DNA from: Phoronis australis
Taxonomy: Eukaryota; Animalia; Phoronida
Reading direction: 5' to 3'
NCBI GenBank assembly: GCA_002633005.1
Contig: NMRA01000181.1
Span: forward strand, 444,959 to 508,958
Length of the DNA stretch: 64,000 nt
Of this stretch, positions 14,096 through 28,400 are shown piece by piece. The position numbers were made by a program, and so were the translations under genes. The first letter of the stretch is position 1; every line of letters starts with the position of its first letter. A model generated the notes under the pieces. That model searched no databases. It was not told where the DNA came from and saw only the letters and a list, made by a program, of their open reading frames with translations.

Positions 14096-15919
14096 AGACC
14101 CAAAACGAATAAATCTCGTCGCGTCTGTCATTTTCTACCACGTCGGGTATTTGGGTTAGGAACCGTTGGGCTAACGTCACAAACGTCGGCACCATTTATC
14201 CGTCCATAGGGACAAATAAGCTGACTTTTGCTACGTATTCGACAAAGTGTCGACTTTCCGATTGGTCGCCTTGTGACGCCGCATCCTTGTGGATGAATCT
14301 GATTTTCTCTTCACCCGATTAAGTTTGCTACGTTCTCCGTGATTGGTCAGTTATGTCGATCCAATCAACTCTTTTTACTTGACTGTGGCACAGAGCTCAA
14401 ACGGCTTATAGCCGGGATGAAGATTTGTCCCACGGTACTGCTATGGAAGGGGCATACAGGACGTGTCGCTCAGATATCGGCGATTTTCCGATAGCCGAAT
14501 TGTGTTCCCAACCTGTGGGCTTTTTCCTACGCTGCATGTGAAAAAGGGGTCACTTTTTTGTTTTCACTCTCTAAAAGTGTACCTAAATTTCCATCTGCAC
14601 ACCCAAAACTAGAGGAGTAAACCTAACCGGCCATGTACCTATTTTCGGGTCACATCACAGGTGCATGAGCCAAAATAAGAGCTCGATAAGCGGACAGTCA
14701 CTCCTGCGGGAGTCTCATGGCTTTGATTTGCTTTGCCTCATACTGGAACCGCCATGGCTGTCGCCGTTGTGTACGATTGCACAAATATGTATTTATTATT
14801 ACGGTCTGTGTATCTCCCGGATGGAGAAATGAAGCAACAAAAATCGCGCAAAGAAACTTGTGCACACATTCGGCGACACAGACCATATCACGTGGACACA
14901 AACATTATTTGGTTGCTCTCCTGTCATTATTTATTTCACTGCTATAAACGTCTCGTTTTCGGCTGATGCAACGATTACGGTTTTTCGTGAAAGTTACAAA
15001 AATTTAACTTTTACAACCCCTTATGCAAAAGTGGAACATTTTAAAAGTAATTCCTAGAAGTGCTTTGGGGAAAATCTGACAACTTCCATTCATGAATACG
15101 ATCAGCCATTTCTACAATTTGAAGTTCCAAAGTTAGACAAATTTGGGTTTTTTCTATGGTCCTATACATAATCTTAAATCTTTGATATCTGGACTAAATA
15201 TGTAAAATTGAATATGTTTTCATACATGCATGTTACTAGCCTCGAGTAAGTTTTAGCAATATCGGTTAATAAAATTACTCACACAAAAATAAGTGTATTT
15301 TAATATTTATATATGATGTTTTAATTTTTACAAACACTTGCAGCTCCAGTAACAGGGTTGCGTTCCGCAAAGGCACGAAACTCGCGAAAACAGAAGAGTT
15401 TGCAACTACATAGGTCTTCGCGAGATATCAGACAGTGTGCACAGACAGCGTTAACATCTTTGGTGTACAATGTAAGCGAAGACCGTGATCACATAGTGAC
15501 GTGCCTCAACGGAACGCAGCCCAGATTTCAAAATACCAGGATTCCGCACGACGGAACAGATGAATCTCTGCTCTGGAACTATGATTGGCAAACCATTTAC
15601 CGGAATAAAGATAGGCACCAGAAATACTCGCGACAGGAGCTTCCACCTCGATTTCCCAGTCCCGGCAACAAGAGTTCGACCAAATTTCGATGCCGTGAAG
15701 TCAGTACAAACTTCTGGTTGAAAGTGGCAACTTCCGGGATTTTTGTGCCTTTCTGCAACTATGGTGTCTTTCGTGTCAGTGAACCGGCGGCATCTTTGGC
15801 CCAATGGCACTGGTCACGAAGTCGGGTTTCTTCGTGATAATGTCAAACAAGTCAATCAATGCCTGGCATACTTTAAAGTCTTGTACACCCTGTGGAACAA
15901 TAGGTGGCGCTGACTGCAA
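14096..15919 (+). repeat. Copy 2 of the 1824-bp duplication, starting immediately after a single N (likely haplotype/assembly overlap)
   Basis: Identity with 9419-11242 begins exactly after the N at 14095 and ends at ...gactgcaa. Confidence 0.95.
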
Positions 15920-15929
15920 ATAGGTATCG

Positions 15930-17730
15930 TCACGTCTCTGTAGCATCTAAGAATAGAATATTGACAAATACTTAATATGGAATTAATAGTCTCAACATAA
16001 CAATACATTCCAAATATGCCTTCAAAATAACATTTTTACGTAAGATTAAATCGCGCTGCGCAATTAAGAAGACCAACAGTTTATGAATGTCGTACCACAA
16101 AATTCTAACGAAGTCTCATTCCACAAACATGAAATTAAATGATGCAACAGCTAATAAAGAGGAATATCCTCACTAACTAATAGCAAGTATTTCGAAACAC
16201 TTTTGTACAAATCGATACAGAAATACTTGAAAGTTCAAACGTAAGGAGGCAAGAAGAGTTTCTTGTAGAAGAACGTAAATCTGACTTTGTTGAATAGGTA
16301 GCTGTAGTTTATATTCGGAGCCGAAAATGATTTTGGAAACCAAAATATTTCACGAATACAGAGTGCTTACTTTATTGGACAAGACAGAGTTAAGGATGCA
16401 CTTTAACCTGAGAGTCTCGGACTACACCTTAATTGAACGTCTCATAGCAGCGTAACTAATCGAGTTTGAAAGCTTATATCTTTCTCTCAATGCCTCCCAG
16501 GCCAGGAATTTTTTTCAAAATTCCGAGACAAGGTCCTTCACAAAAATGGCACCTGCCTCATAAAAAGTCCTCCCATCAATCAAAATGTTATTTCTTGTTC
16601 CACTCTATTCGGTTTTTACTTAATGTTAGTATGTAAGTAGTTCTTTCCAAGCAATCGACGCGTAATGCCAGAGGATATCAAGGTTTACAAGAGACAACAA
16701 CTTACAATCAGAACGAGGCTACTCCCATATGAATGAAAACATGACTTGAAAAGTTAACACTTTAAAGAATATAATGTTTCCATACAACCTAAAGGTAACC
16801 CTCTTTACTACTATTGGCTGGTACACAATATTCCAACCAGGAACTGAAGATCATTTTCATTGGAATTTACAGCCACATTTTAAATTCTGCTTGGTAATCT
16901 CGCTAAACAATTTTTATAATAGTGTTCACTTTCGTTCTATTTGCGAAATCCAACCCATAATTACTCATCGCATAGACTATTTTAAAAAGCAAAAGATTTT
17001 GCTATACACTCTAATTCTGCCTCGCAAAGAAATATATTATGGCTTTCCACTTGAGATACTTTTTAAAGCAAGGTAATTGTAAGTTCAAAATTTAAGAAAT
17101 GATTTTTTTGTTTATTATGACTGAAAGATATTAGCAAGCTCTTGACTGGTTTGCCAGACCACTTGAAACTGTAAAGAGGTTGGGGACTTTTTCTCTCGAC
17201 CTAGCTACAACCTTCTCACTTTTTGATATTTACCAGTAGGCCAGACAATGACCAAATACGTTTTTAAAAATTTAGACAATTCATTCCAGAATGTTCATCT
17301 TGTATAAATGAGATGATGTTATCTGCACTGGTGAATTTGTACTTCATTTTAACATGTATGCCTTTTGTTGGATTGGCCATAACGTTAACAGCTAGGCCTG
17401 GACATAACTAGAAATCATCCTGTCTCACGCCCCTTTCTGTAGTGAAGCCATTGTTACCAACGCTCTGTTGGTTTAGCATAAAGTATCTGCACCCATCTTG
17501 TAAAAATCTGTCCAAAATTGAAAGCATTCCATTTTATCTCATCATATGCTCTACAAAAGTCTAAAAATAGAATATGAACATGAGCAATAATTTTACTCAT
17601 AATAACATCCTGAATGATTAGTATATTAAATTATCGCTCTTGGATGAGCCAGTTTTCCCATAACATTATTTAGACGGGCTCTATTAGTCTATAGAAAAAA
17701 GTTAGATAACGATTTTTTTAATATGAGCAC
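15930..17730 (-). mobile_element. Decayed L1/Tx1-like non-LTR retrotransposon (RT remnant)
   Basis: Minus-strand fragments in RT order with stops/frameshifts: RARLNNVMGKLAHP, GQIFTRWVQILYAK, NNGFTT, ERGVRQDD (cf. RGVRQGD), FTSADNIISFIQDE...SLSGLLVNIKK (cf. YADD...SGLKIN), FIWE. Boundaries approximate. Confidence 0.7.
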
Positions 17731-17761
17731 TGCCCCAGTTTTTCACTCACTCCCTTGAAGA

Positions 17762-17838
17762 CATTCATTTCTGAGACCGAGCTCAGTGGAGTAGGAGACA
17801 CTTTTGTGCAATGCTCGATTGTTTGCCAATAAAGCCTG
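17762..17838 (-). mobile_element. 5'-truncated copy of the short tRNA-derived SINE seen at 39020-39153
   Basis: Shares agaccgagctcag.ggagtaggagac..cttttgtgcaatgc...aaagcc with the 39 kb copy. Confidence 0.6.
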
Positions 17839-18910
17839 CGACTTTTTCCAATCTAGCTTTGTGTTAAGGACACTCTTGATCAAACGGAGATTATGCTTTC
17901 TTAATCAAAAAATACACTGCAGTGGGTGGTCATGTGTCTTGTTTACGGTGGTTCATTGCACTATCTTGCTGAATCTCGAGACGATGCTTTATCCTTTCTG
18001 TGAATTTAGGAAAGTGAACAACTACTCAAGGAATATGACGAAGCATATTATCCACCCAGCCATTGTAGAGTTGACACTGGACAATTTCACCATCTCAGGC
18101 TATGCTCTTAGACCTTACCAGTACTGCCACCTTCGTAGTTTTACTAGAGAATTGAATTTTATTTACTAGTCGCTGGATGCTTTTCCATTGTAATAGTGAC
18201 ATAAAACCATGTCAAACATCACTTCTGGGAGAGAAGAAATCACCTTAGACGATGGCCAGCTGGGCATAGCAAAAAGTCTTGGCACACTTGTTTTAAGCAA
18301 AAAAGCAAGAAATGGTCCATTTGTCTGGCTATCTCAAAATTGCCCAGCCTTATTTCAAAGGGCTGCTCTTGATCGTGGGAAGTTTCTCCGGGACCGTGTG
18401 CAGACCAGAACCAACTATGCCTTTTGGTGTAACTTTGAGTCTAGTTTCCTAGGTTAATCACTTTTCTTTTGAAAAATTGATTGTGAATCCTGCAGAGATT
18501 TTCTCCTGTTGGTACACAAAGCTGTGGTTTACCGGACCAGAGCTCACATCCACACAAATGAATCAGCAGGTGAAAGCTAAGTCTGATTTCTCAGAAAGTC
18601 AAGCGTTTTTTATTCCTATGAATTTTTTTTTCGGTGATTGTATTTCATGGAAAACTCATCTTCGATATTTGTTGAAAGTTGTTTGCAAATAGTACATGTA
18701 TTTTTAAGTCTCAGTTAGCGTCTAGGTACGCTATTTAAATGTCAGATTAAACGAGCTTACTAGATGAACGTAGACAATGTAAACATTGGTTTGTCAATTT
18801 TCTCCCCTTATTATCGCTTTCAAACTGATAACGATAAATCATAATACGAGTATCCGATGACCGAGATCTGAAAACTCACCTCACAAGATGGAGGCATCAC
18901 GAAACAGCAC

Positions 18911-21620
18911 TGACACGTCGTAAAATTTAACAATTTTGTAAAACGCAACAACTGTTACATTTTATATCATTGTTACAATTTACGTTGCTAGGCCTCTCTA
19001 ACAAGTTGTTACAATTTACGTCGAATGCACATGCGAGAAATGTACCGTTGTTACCTTTTACGAAAGCGACGTCATATTGCATTTGTTCGCATGATATTTG
19101 TCACACGGAGGAAACCGTTCACACACTTAAACCCTTCTTTCTTGTTTTGAAATTCTATCAAATGTGCCAGGTCGAATTTATAGATGTGTTCCTGTGTGCT
19201 TTCCATGGTTTTTTAACATGAGTAGTTTTATGGTATAGTAAAAAGGTACAGCGTACGTTTTCAACTCCACACGAAAGGTGTTTCCAGGATCAGGTGGCAA
19301 GTTTTTTTATTGTTTAAAAGCGTTCTTGCAATCTTTTGTTGACACTCACAGGTCATAAACTGATTATGTATACGGCATTACAGTAAACACCCTTGGTAAG
19401 CATAAATATGTATTTGGCTAATATTTATCGTATTTTTTCGGGAACAAACGACAATAACAAAAATTTTCACTTAGAATTCAATTTCGGAAGCCAATTTGAT
19501 AGAAAAAACACCCGATAGTTTGATTTATTTCAGCCAGTGTGTTATTGACTTGGAGTCATTGCTAATATAGCAATTGCCCTGCTCCACACAAAAGGAGCAA
19601 AACCAAAGTTTCTGATGCCAATGGGATCTGTCTAGCACCTTAGTAACGAATGACAATTTCTTAGACATTATGGTGGAAGGAAATAAAGGCATGCATTTAT
19701 TTGCCGGTAGGTTGACAGATTTTGCCAAACCAAAGGCAAAATATCGCCTTTGAGAAAGGCGAGTCAATAGTTAAAAAGTGGCGGCATAGTAGCGTGTTTA
19801 TACAGCTTAAAAGCTGAGAGAAATGTCATTGTTCACATGATGTCAAACCTGTCTGAAACAGTGGTGGTAACAACAGATCAAACCGTGACGTGTATACTTA
19901 AAAAGGGATGCCTAGCTAGGTAAATAGAAAGAAAATTGTGCACTCTGAAATGACATGATCGTTTTGCTCAAACCTGCTCTAGATCGATAGCTTAAAGGGA
20001 CAATAGCCTAAAAAAGCTGACTGTCGGTCTTTCGGACTACAAAACCACGCACTTTCTCTTTCTATTAAAATTGCTATTTGGTCAATGTTCGTTAGTTCGA
20101 AGTATACATAAATAAAAAACAAAGATTGGAATTCTGTTATTCATGGACGTGAAGTCACGTGTCTCATGAGGCGTCGTTTTTGTGTTGCAGTTCACAGATA
20201 AGGGTATATTCACCCTTTTGATATATTTCATTAAAAGCTCAATATTAAACATCACCCACTTCGTTGTTGACCGTTCCTATTCCGCATGATCCATTTTCAA
20301 TAAAACCTAGTTCAAATTACTCTGTTAAATCACTGTGGTTTTCTAAGAATATTGGGGCAAATTCTACAGAAAACCGTTGCGTGTTTTGTATATCCGTTAC
20401 CAACTATTCTAATGACCCGGTGACCACAGCCAACTAGTCGTTAGTTCTCGAAAAATGTGGAACGAAACCCAGTTCTTTGAAACGGAATGTTTTCAACAAG
20501 AGACAAAAATGATTACACGTTGGGTATCCTCACGATTAGATGTAAGTCCATAGTAAAATATTGTGGTCTGAATTCAGTTATTCGTGGCAAACTACAAATG
20601 GATGTAGTGTTATACTTAAAGTCAATATAGTGCTTTCCGATAGTTCAGAAATAATTGATTTTTGAAATTGGTTCGCTTCTAAACAAGATTTTAAATCTCA
20701 ACATCCTCGTTTCCAAAAAGTAGGCCTATTCTGCATCCATAGCTGTCAAGACGTTCCTCACAATATCGTTAAGGTTGGACCTAGGAACCCCTTTAAAAAA
20801 TTTTTGGGACAGCACTCGCTGTCCACTATGGAAAACCCGACGAAAACATTGAACTTTAAATGAGATGGTTTTAAAATCTTTAAGGACCCTGATGTATTAG
20901 CACTTTGCAAAACATATGTTGTGTCCTCGTTAAATAAATTTTAAAATATTTTTTATAATAATAATAATAATAATAACGAAAACGAGTAATAATAGTAATA
21001 GCAGTAATAGTAGTAATAGTAGTAACAGTAGTGATATTACTAATGTAATACTAATAAAAACGACAATAGATAGCAAATTCATGCCCTGTCAGCCCGGAGG
21101 GCATTCCTATTGAAGAGGTATACGAAAAGTGCCGTCCAAAAGGGTGTTTCTTCACAGAAAAAATACTCTCCAAAATGGTGCCATTTTGACAAAATTACAT
21201 CTAAAAGGTGCCTCTCGTGAATTTCTGGAACAGAACTGTGTGGAAATTTGATTTTTTTCCACAAATTAGTCTCTGAATGTGTCACTTTTTGACCCAGCTT
21301 ACTCTCTAATCGGGTAGGTATTAAAATTTTTTGGGCGGCGCCCCTCGACCAAAAATAATCCAGTACCTCCCGGCCGTGTCAATACCACTTGTTCGTGATT
21401 TTGGTCATTTTGTTTGCAATATGACGTTGGTTTCATAAAATGTAACAATGGTACATTTCTCGCATGTGCATTCGACGTGAAATGTAACAACTACGTAAAA
21501 CGTAACAACTTGTTACATTTTAGGAGAGGCTTAGCTACGTAAAATGTAACAATGACGTAAAATGTCACAGTTGTAACAGTTGTTACATTTTGCGAAATTG
21601 TTACATTTTATGGCGTATCA
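18911..21620. mobile_element. Non-autonomous DNA transposon-like element with ~170-200-bp TIRs and 6-bp TSD
   Basis: Left end TGACACGTCGTAAAAT, right end reverse complement TGATACGCCATAAAAT; inverted homology 18911-19081 vs 21415-21620 with repeated AAATGTAAC units; CAGCAC at 18905-18910 and 21621-21626. Confidence 0.75.
20955..21035. repeat. (AAT)n/(AGT)n trinucleotide microsatellite
   Basis: ataataataataataataa...agtaatagtagtaatagtagtaacagtagt. Confidence 0.85.
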
Positions 21621-23612
21621 CAGCACTAGAAGTAACATAAATAATACACTAGAATGTTTTACATACAAGGCATACATGTACATGTAGAAGCAAAGTATGC
21701 TTGTGATATTAACATTAAGTTCTACTTTTTACCCTGCTTGTGCCTGTTGAATCTTCATGTGACATTAGTAAGGGGACATTTCAGAGCAGTGCTCCAGACT
21801 GCTAGTTAGAAATGCAAATAGTGCTGCTCATTATGTACAATTCCGCAGTGCTTTTTCAGACTAACCACGTGAACACCATTGTAATGACTCTCAACCACAG
21901 CATCATGACTTGTCACTGACCGAATGTTCACATGTGAATGTGAGAACACTGCCTTAATACATGTCAACCGTCTGAGTACTAGACATAATAAATATATTGT
22001 CTACATACCTAACATAAATATCAGGTTGTCTGAATATTGCTAAAAAGCGCTTTGGCAGACAACAAGCACACGGTCACGGGCCGTCCCCCGCCGCCAATGC
22101 GATCCGCGCATGTGAGCACGAAATATGTTCGTGTTACTAGCCAATTGACCGCTTGCGGGCACGAAAAAAATCCCCTGTTCCTAACCTTGGGCGTCCAAGA
22201 ATCCCTACAAAAGGGGTAGTTTTATGGACTTAAATAGTACCAAAGGGAACAAAACTGAAAGGATAACTTTTTTCATAGTAGCTGCCTCCAAATGGATCCC
22301 TTTTCAAGGTTATGCGGGGCCGTACAAAAATTCCCATTTTGACCAAATTCAGAACATCATATCTCATGAACGGCTGGTCGGGTTCACATGGAGTTTTTCA
22401 GGTACACTGCATTAACCCCTGTTCTCTCCAAAACCCTGCTAGGAATTGGGTTTATGGGTTTAAATCTTTCGCTTTTGTCTAAGGGCTGCCAAAACTAGAA
22501 CTGATTTTATGAAAATTTTGCATAAAACGAAAACGAAACGGTAGTTTAGAAACCCGTAACAGCGATCTCGAGATTTGATATTGAACAGTTATATCATTCG
22601 AAATCTCCTCATGTTATTGATCATGTTGTTTTGCTATGAATGTACCTTCGTAATTTTTACTAAAGTTTGTTAAAAAGCATGGTTACCTGACCTAAGTACT
22701 GGCAGATTGGCCAAAACTCAAATTTTACAAACTTTTTGCTTTCAGAAAAAATATATTTTTAATAAGTTAAATCTAAAGTTTTGTAGATATTTGGCAAAAT
22801 GTATAAGATCCTAATGCCCGCTTTTTAAATGAGAGGGTATCCCAATTTTCCAGATGCAACTCAGTGCAAATGCAGTCGAATACTCTCGGGATGACCCAAT
22901 CTCCACACATCAATCGTTTCAGCATAATATTGTGTTTGGCCCAGCTTATGACGTGCAGGATATTCAAGATCCACTTGTAGAAACATATTAACTAGTATTT
23001 GTGTCTGTGGCAACGATTCAATAAAGACGTCTGAAGTGATCGAAAACATTTTGATTAGCAAACATAAAACTATCGGTTGGAAAATGTAAACTCTTCAATT
23101 TGATGATATACACAGGTGTATTTTATCTCAGAGAAAAAAGTCGTGTTTTAATACAAACAAAATATTGTCATACTCTTCGACACAAAAAAACGTGTTCTCA
23201 CAGAACTTTTTTAAGAAAAAGTACCCAACGCCGAAACAAGAGATTAACAACATAAACCCACTTGCATCCTGTTTTCCAGACATGTGAAGTGGAGTGGCCT
23301 GAAGTGTTGGCAATAAAAGTCATTTGGAATATTTATTGCATGCATAACATGTACTAGGGGCCATGCCGCTTAGGCTTGCCGTTCTTCACGATACAGAGTG
23401 CGAAGGGAAGGGGTCTTTCCTCACGAAATGGTTCTCTGTTTGAGTTAGAACTCTACAAAACCGACCGTTTCCAACACAACTCTACCGGGTGAAATCCTCG
23501 TATCATCGTTAGATGAAAGCCAAAACGATGTTTATCTAGGAAAATATTTTGCTGGTACGGTGGTTCGAGCCACCACACTATGCCAAGAATTTACCTCAAA
23601 ATGCCACCTGAT

Positions 23613-23925
23613 TTACCTCAAAATCCAACTGGTGCCTGTGGTTTGGTAATTGGCCCAATTATGTTGCACACCCAGCAAAATAAATGAGTAACATATCACT
23701 GCAACATTAAAAAATTAGTTTGTAAATATCACATTCCTTGTCCAATTTTCAAAATTCAAAAAACTAATCACGTGTGCTTTTCACGAACTATACAAAACGG
23801 AAAATACTATTGTCGCCCCAATGTGTTTATGATGGTCTCATTATCTAGAGAACGATAACATAAGCAGCCTCAAGCGACTTCATTCACCACAACGGTATGG
23901 TGTCTTTCAGTGATCTGAATCGGCC
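23613..23925 (+). repeat. Diverged local repeat, copy 1 (relatives ~26170-26513 and ~27390-27765)
   Basis: Shared blocks ttacctcaaaatccaactg, ctaatcacgtgtgcttttcacgaacta, ctcattatctagagaacgataac. Confidence 0.8.
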
Positions 23926-25400
23926 GAAAGAATAAGTGGTAGCAGGATGAAGACCTTGTTACCGTATTTGATGTTTTTTTTCTAAATCATTTCCATAACC
24001 AACTTTCATATGACGTAATGCTAAAACAAAAATTGACGGTCAGTGTCATTGCTCATCGACCACCTTTGGATCTTTGCACTCTTCGTTTATATCCTGCTAT
24101 ACTGTTGGGCGTTCTAATCACGCGATTCCTTTGTTAGTACTCAATCCAGCCTCCCGTTCAGAAACGTTAGGACCTCGCTAAAAAGCAAGACTTCGCGAGA
24201 TTACAGGAAAACACGTGACTTTGGCTAGGTTTTAGCTAGGTACTAGCGTAGGTCCTAGCGTTGCTGAACACAGCCCAGGCCTCGTTAGATTTTAGCTCAG
24301 CTTAAGCATTGCATAATTGTCTTAAATAAAATAAAAATGTTTACTCTCTCAGTTGATAGATTTATCCTCCTTTTTCCTGTAGTTGCTATCCCGCCCACTA
24401 CCACCTCTATTTTACCTCACTTTTCTATTTAATTACCTTTTTATATTTCGCTGCCATTTTTGTATATTTTTTATCCTTTTTGTATTTTGAACTTACCACT
24501 TTATGTTATCATAATAAACGCTATTGATCGCCAATCTTTTTAGTCTATATCATACTGCACGTTTCATTGATCTATTGCTATACATTGTCTTGCCCATAGT
24601 GAATGATATGTGACATTTTATCACCTTGGATTGCCTTGTTTTCAGTCTAGGAATTCAACTTTGTTGACCCACCTGGACTCCGTTCTTCCATCATTCGATA
24701 ATTCGTGGAATACAAATACATATACGTGTTACGCCACTCGTGTTATTTGGTTTGCATATTGTCTCAACGACTGACCCAGAAGTAACGATGACATTCAGTA
24801 ATCAATGAGCTATACCAGGAGATGGTGCTCACTGCACTGATCAAGTGACAATTGTATACCCTGGCAGGCAGGCAACGCAGTCACACACCTGATCAGTGGT
24901 TCACTTCACACGAAACTTATTCATTTCACTTGCACATTTAATCTAGCCAAATCGACAGTGTGATCGAAAATTACAGTTGAATGATTTTTCTGTCACTGTA
25001 TTTGTATCTAAAAGATACAGATTTACGATTATTCAAAAAGCAAACACGTGACTTACAATTTTATCGCAAACGCCCAATAGTCATACTTGTATATTAAACT
25101 AAGGTGACTCTTAACAAATATGCCTTTATCATTGACCTTGTTGCCGTTTTCTTTTTTGTGAGACGTGACCTGCATTTTAAAACGCACAAATGAAAGACGA
25201 CAGGCAATATGCATACACGTGGGCGTGTTTTACGAGCGACGTGACCTCGAAAGCTACACCTTGCGAATGCGCACTGTTGTCACTGCTTTCACATTCACCG
25301 GGGCAGCAGCTGCAGGCAGAGGTAGCTTTAGCGTACACTGGTGGTTTTCTCCAGGGGTTCAAACGAGTCAACACCCTCCTGGAGTTCGAACTGTTCCACT

Positions 25401-28400
25401 ATGGGACGATTTGGTCGTAGAAACGGAAACCGATGGTCATATCGCCGTGCACTTGCACAAAATCTTCTGAAAAGTGGTGCAATATTGGGGGCTTATGGAG
25501 CAGGCGAAGATGATGCACTCAGTGAAGGTAATTTTGAATTCATATATCCATGATTCAATTTTGCGTGTGCAATTAATGTTGATATTGGGAATGTAAAACA
25601 ACAGGTAAAAGTATACCAAAAGCCTATTAAGAGATAATAAAAATAACTTTCTCACCCAGGTGTAAGAAACAAAATAATGTAATGTAATCTTCGGCAACCT
25701 TCAAAATTATAAGCAAAATTACCAAGACCGCGAAAAGGACAAGCCTAGCCTACCCTTTAGGTGTGTTAGACGACAACTGTAGGTAAAGACCAAGAACCAA
25801 AACATCCAATCTATGACACAGAGAGACATATGTTTTTACTTGAATCTTGTTTTTATCGTTCAAGTGGGGCACCAGTGATAAATTAACGCACCTGAACTAG
25901 AATAGGTTAAAATCACCAAACCAGGGTTTATACAGTATCCTTTTCGAGCTGCATTCCGTTGCTGCCAAAGTCGAATTCTTAATCCACCCGCTTTGGTGTT
26001 TCACCTAACATCACCACGCTCATCCAATCTTGAATTGTAGCCGAGTGACCCGAAACTTAGGTCACAGGCAATGCGCACATCTGCCATTGTCAAATTAACA
26101 ATTTTAGGGTTGCGGGGCTCGACATTTGACATGATATTTTCGTACCAAGAATTGTACGATGACACTCATCTTACCTCAAAATCCAACTGCTGCACGTTGG
26201 TTTGGTAATTAACACAATTATGATGGCCTAGCAAACACAGCAGAATTAATGAGGAACACATTACTGCAACTTAAAAACAAACATTTTAGGCTGTAAAAGT
26301 CCCATTCCTTTCCAATTTTCCAAATTCAAAAACCTAATCACGTGTGCTTTTCACGAACTATTTAAATACGTTATTTACAAACTTTAAAAACGAAAAATAC
26401 TATTGTCTCCCCTAACGTGTGTATGATGATCTCATTATCTAGAGAACGATAACATCAGCAGCCTCAGATGATTTCATTAACCACAACAGCATGGTGTCTT
26501 TGATCTGAACCGGCAGATTATGTGGCGCGCAAATCAGTCGAGTTGTCAAATCTCGACCGGTTAGGGTGTCCACGTGGGGTTCTTTGTATGACTTCCTTGG
26601 GGTTTAACTTACCATTTTCATGCTCATCCAATCTTGAATTGGTGCCGAATGAGCTGGCAGCTTAAGTCACAGACAATGCGTACACCAGTCATCATCAAAT
26701 TCACAACTTTAGGGTTGCGGTGCTCGACATTTGGCATATTTTGCCCCACCCAAGCAATATATACTAACCCGTTTCGCTCTGTGCACCTTACAAAAAGAGT
26801 AGAGTTTCCTGTTTCAATAGTAATGAATTTATAAACGAAGTCACGACAAATGCTTATTTCAATATTAGCTATAGTGTTCATAATACCAGTCTCTGGCCAT
26901 TGTACCGTTAAGAATCATATTAAAATGAAGTTTCATCAAAAATTCTTAGAAACTGAGAGTCAAGGATGCATGAGAATACTCTCGTGCACATTCGATTGTT
27001 GACTTCACGGGCAGTCAGGTGACACTACCACGAGAATATTGTGATAAAAGTGCCATGGAAATTGATTTAAATTCTAATTGAGGCTCAGTAAGACGAAGAA
27101 TCTCGAGCACGTCCGTAAGACATCGTTCTTGTCACGCAAGTCTTCGCGGGATATCGCCTTAGGCTCATGCGCCAGCGGAAGAGATGATATCCACATCTTG
27201 CATTTGAACTTGTCGACGGTTCAGTACTGCACAAGCGTGAACAAAGCGGCAACCGAAAACGAAAATGGAATTAAATTTTTTACTCTCATCAACTTGGTCA
27301 AATATTCTTTAGTACCGTGATAATATACCAGCATGTTCATCGAACCATCAGTGACTCTACAACGCTTTAGAGTTGATGACACTTGACTTTCCAACTGCTG
27401 GTGTATTGACCCTTTGGTAATTGGCTCAGTACTCTGCCGCCACGGCAGAATTAATGAAACACAGTACTGGCTGCCTTTGTGTTACTTTCTAGTTTCAGGT
27501 TATCAATTTATGTTTCATAATTATAAAATCTAACCACGCCCGTGTACTTTTCAGGAACTACTCAAACAATACATTTAAAAGAAAAAAACTACTATCGCCC
27601 TCAGGGTTTGCAACCCTGTTTATGTCAATTTCACACCTGATTACTCAAGTTGATATCCAAAGAACGATAATAGGCTATGAGCTAAAGCTGGGTGGTTTCA
27701 TTGATGATGGCGGCGGACTTTAAGGTTAAGAACCGGCCGAGTTGCCCAAACTCGACCGGTGAAAGTGTCAGCATAGGATTCTTTTCACGTGATTGGGGCT
27801 GGCCACCTCTAGAATCGCGATATCGATTGTGCATGTACCCCCTGGGATTATACGGCATCAGTTCAAATTCGGACGAGCGTGGTTATGCTTTTTATCTTCA
27901 CAGCGCTTTGGTTAAAAATTCAACATTGACGAGGAAACAGCGGCGAAATGTCCACTTAAATAAAGTTTGTTTGAATGGTCGATTCCGGGTTGCAATCATA
28001 ATTTTCGATGGGTAAAACTCTTGACGCCCATGAGTAATTAACGTATCAGTGCAATCGCCGTCACTGAGGCAACAACGCCGTCGAGCAACAAGAGGAGAAT
28101 TGAAAAAGCAGCGGCACCAGGAAGGAGAACGTCGCCTTGGCAGCAGGGAGGGGATACCCTAAAATGCGGCCGAAGAAGAAAACCTCCAAATGAAAAATGC
28201 ATTTATTGGATTAGGGTACACTGTAGTAGGCGGGATCGGCTCTGAATCCACAGAACAGACGATGCCCGGAGTTCCTTAGAAGGACCACAAAACACGTTGA
28301 TCAAGCCGTAGACACTAGCGCAGACTGACCCAGGTATTGGACCTGAGCAGAGTCGTCAGAGAAGTGGGCAGACACGTCATGATCAGACATAAAGAGGACA

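Noticed and set aside
18911-21620. CRISPR-like or prokaryotic repeat array from recurring AAATGTAAC units
   Set aside because: No regular repeat-spacer periodicity, no cas genes, eukaryotic context; explained as subterminal TIR repeats.
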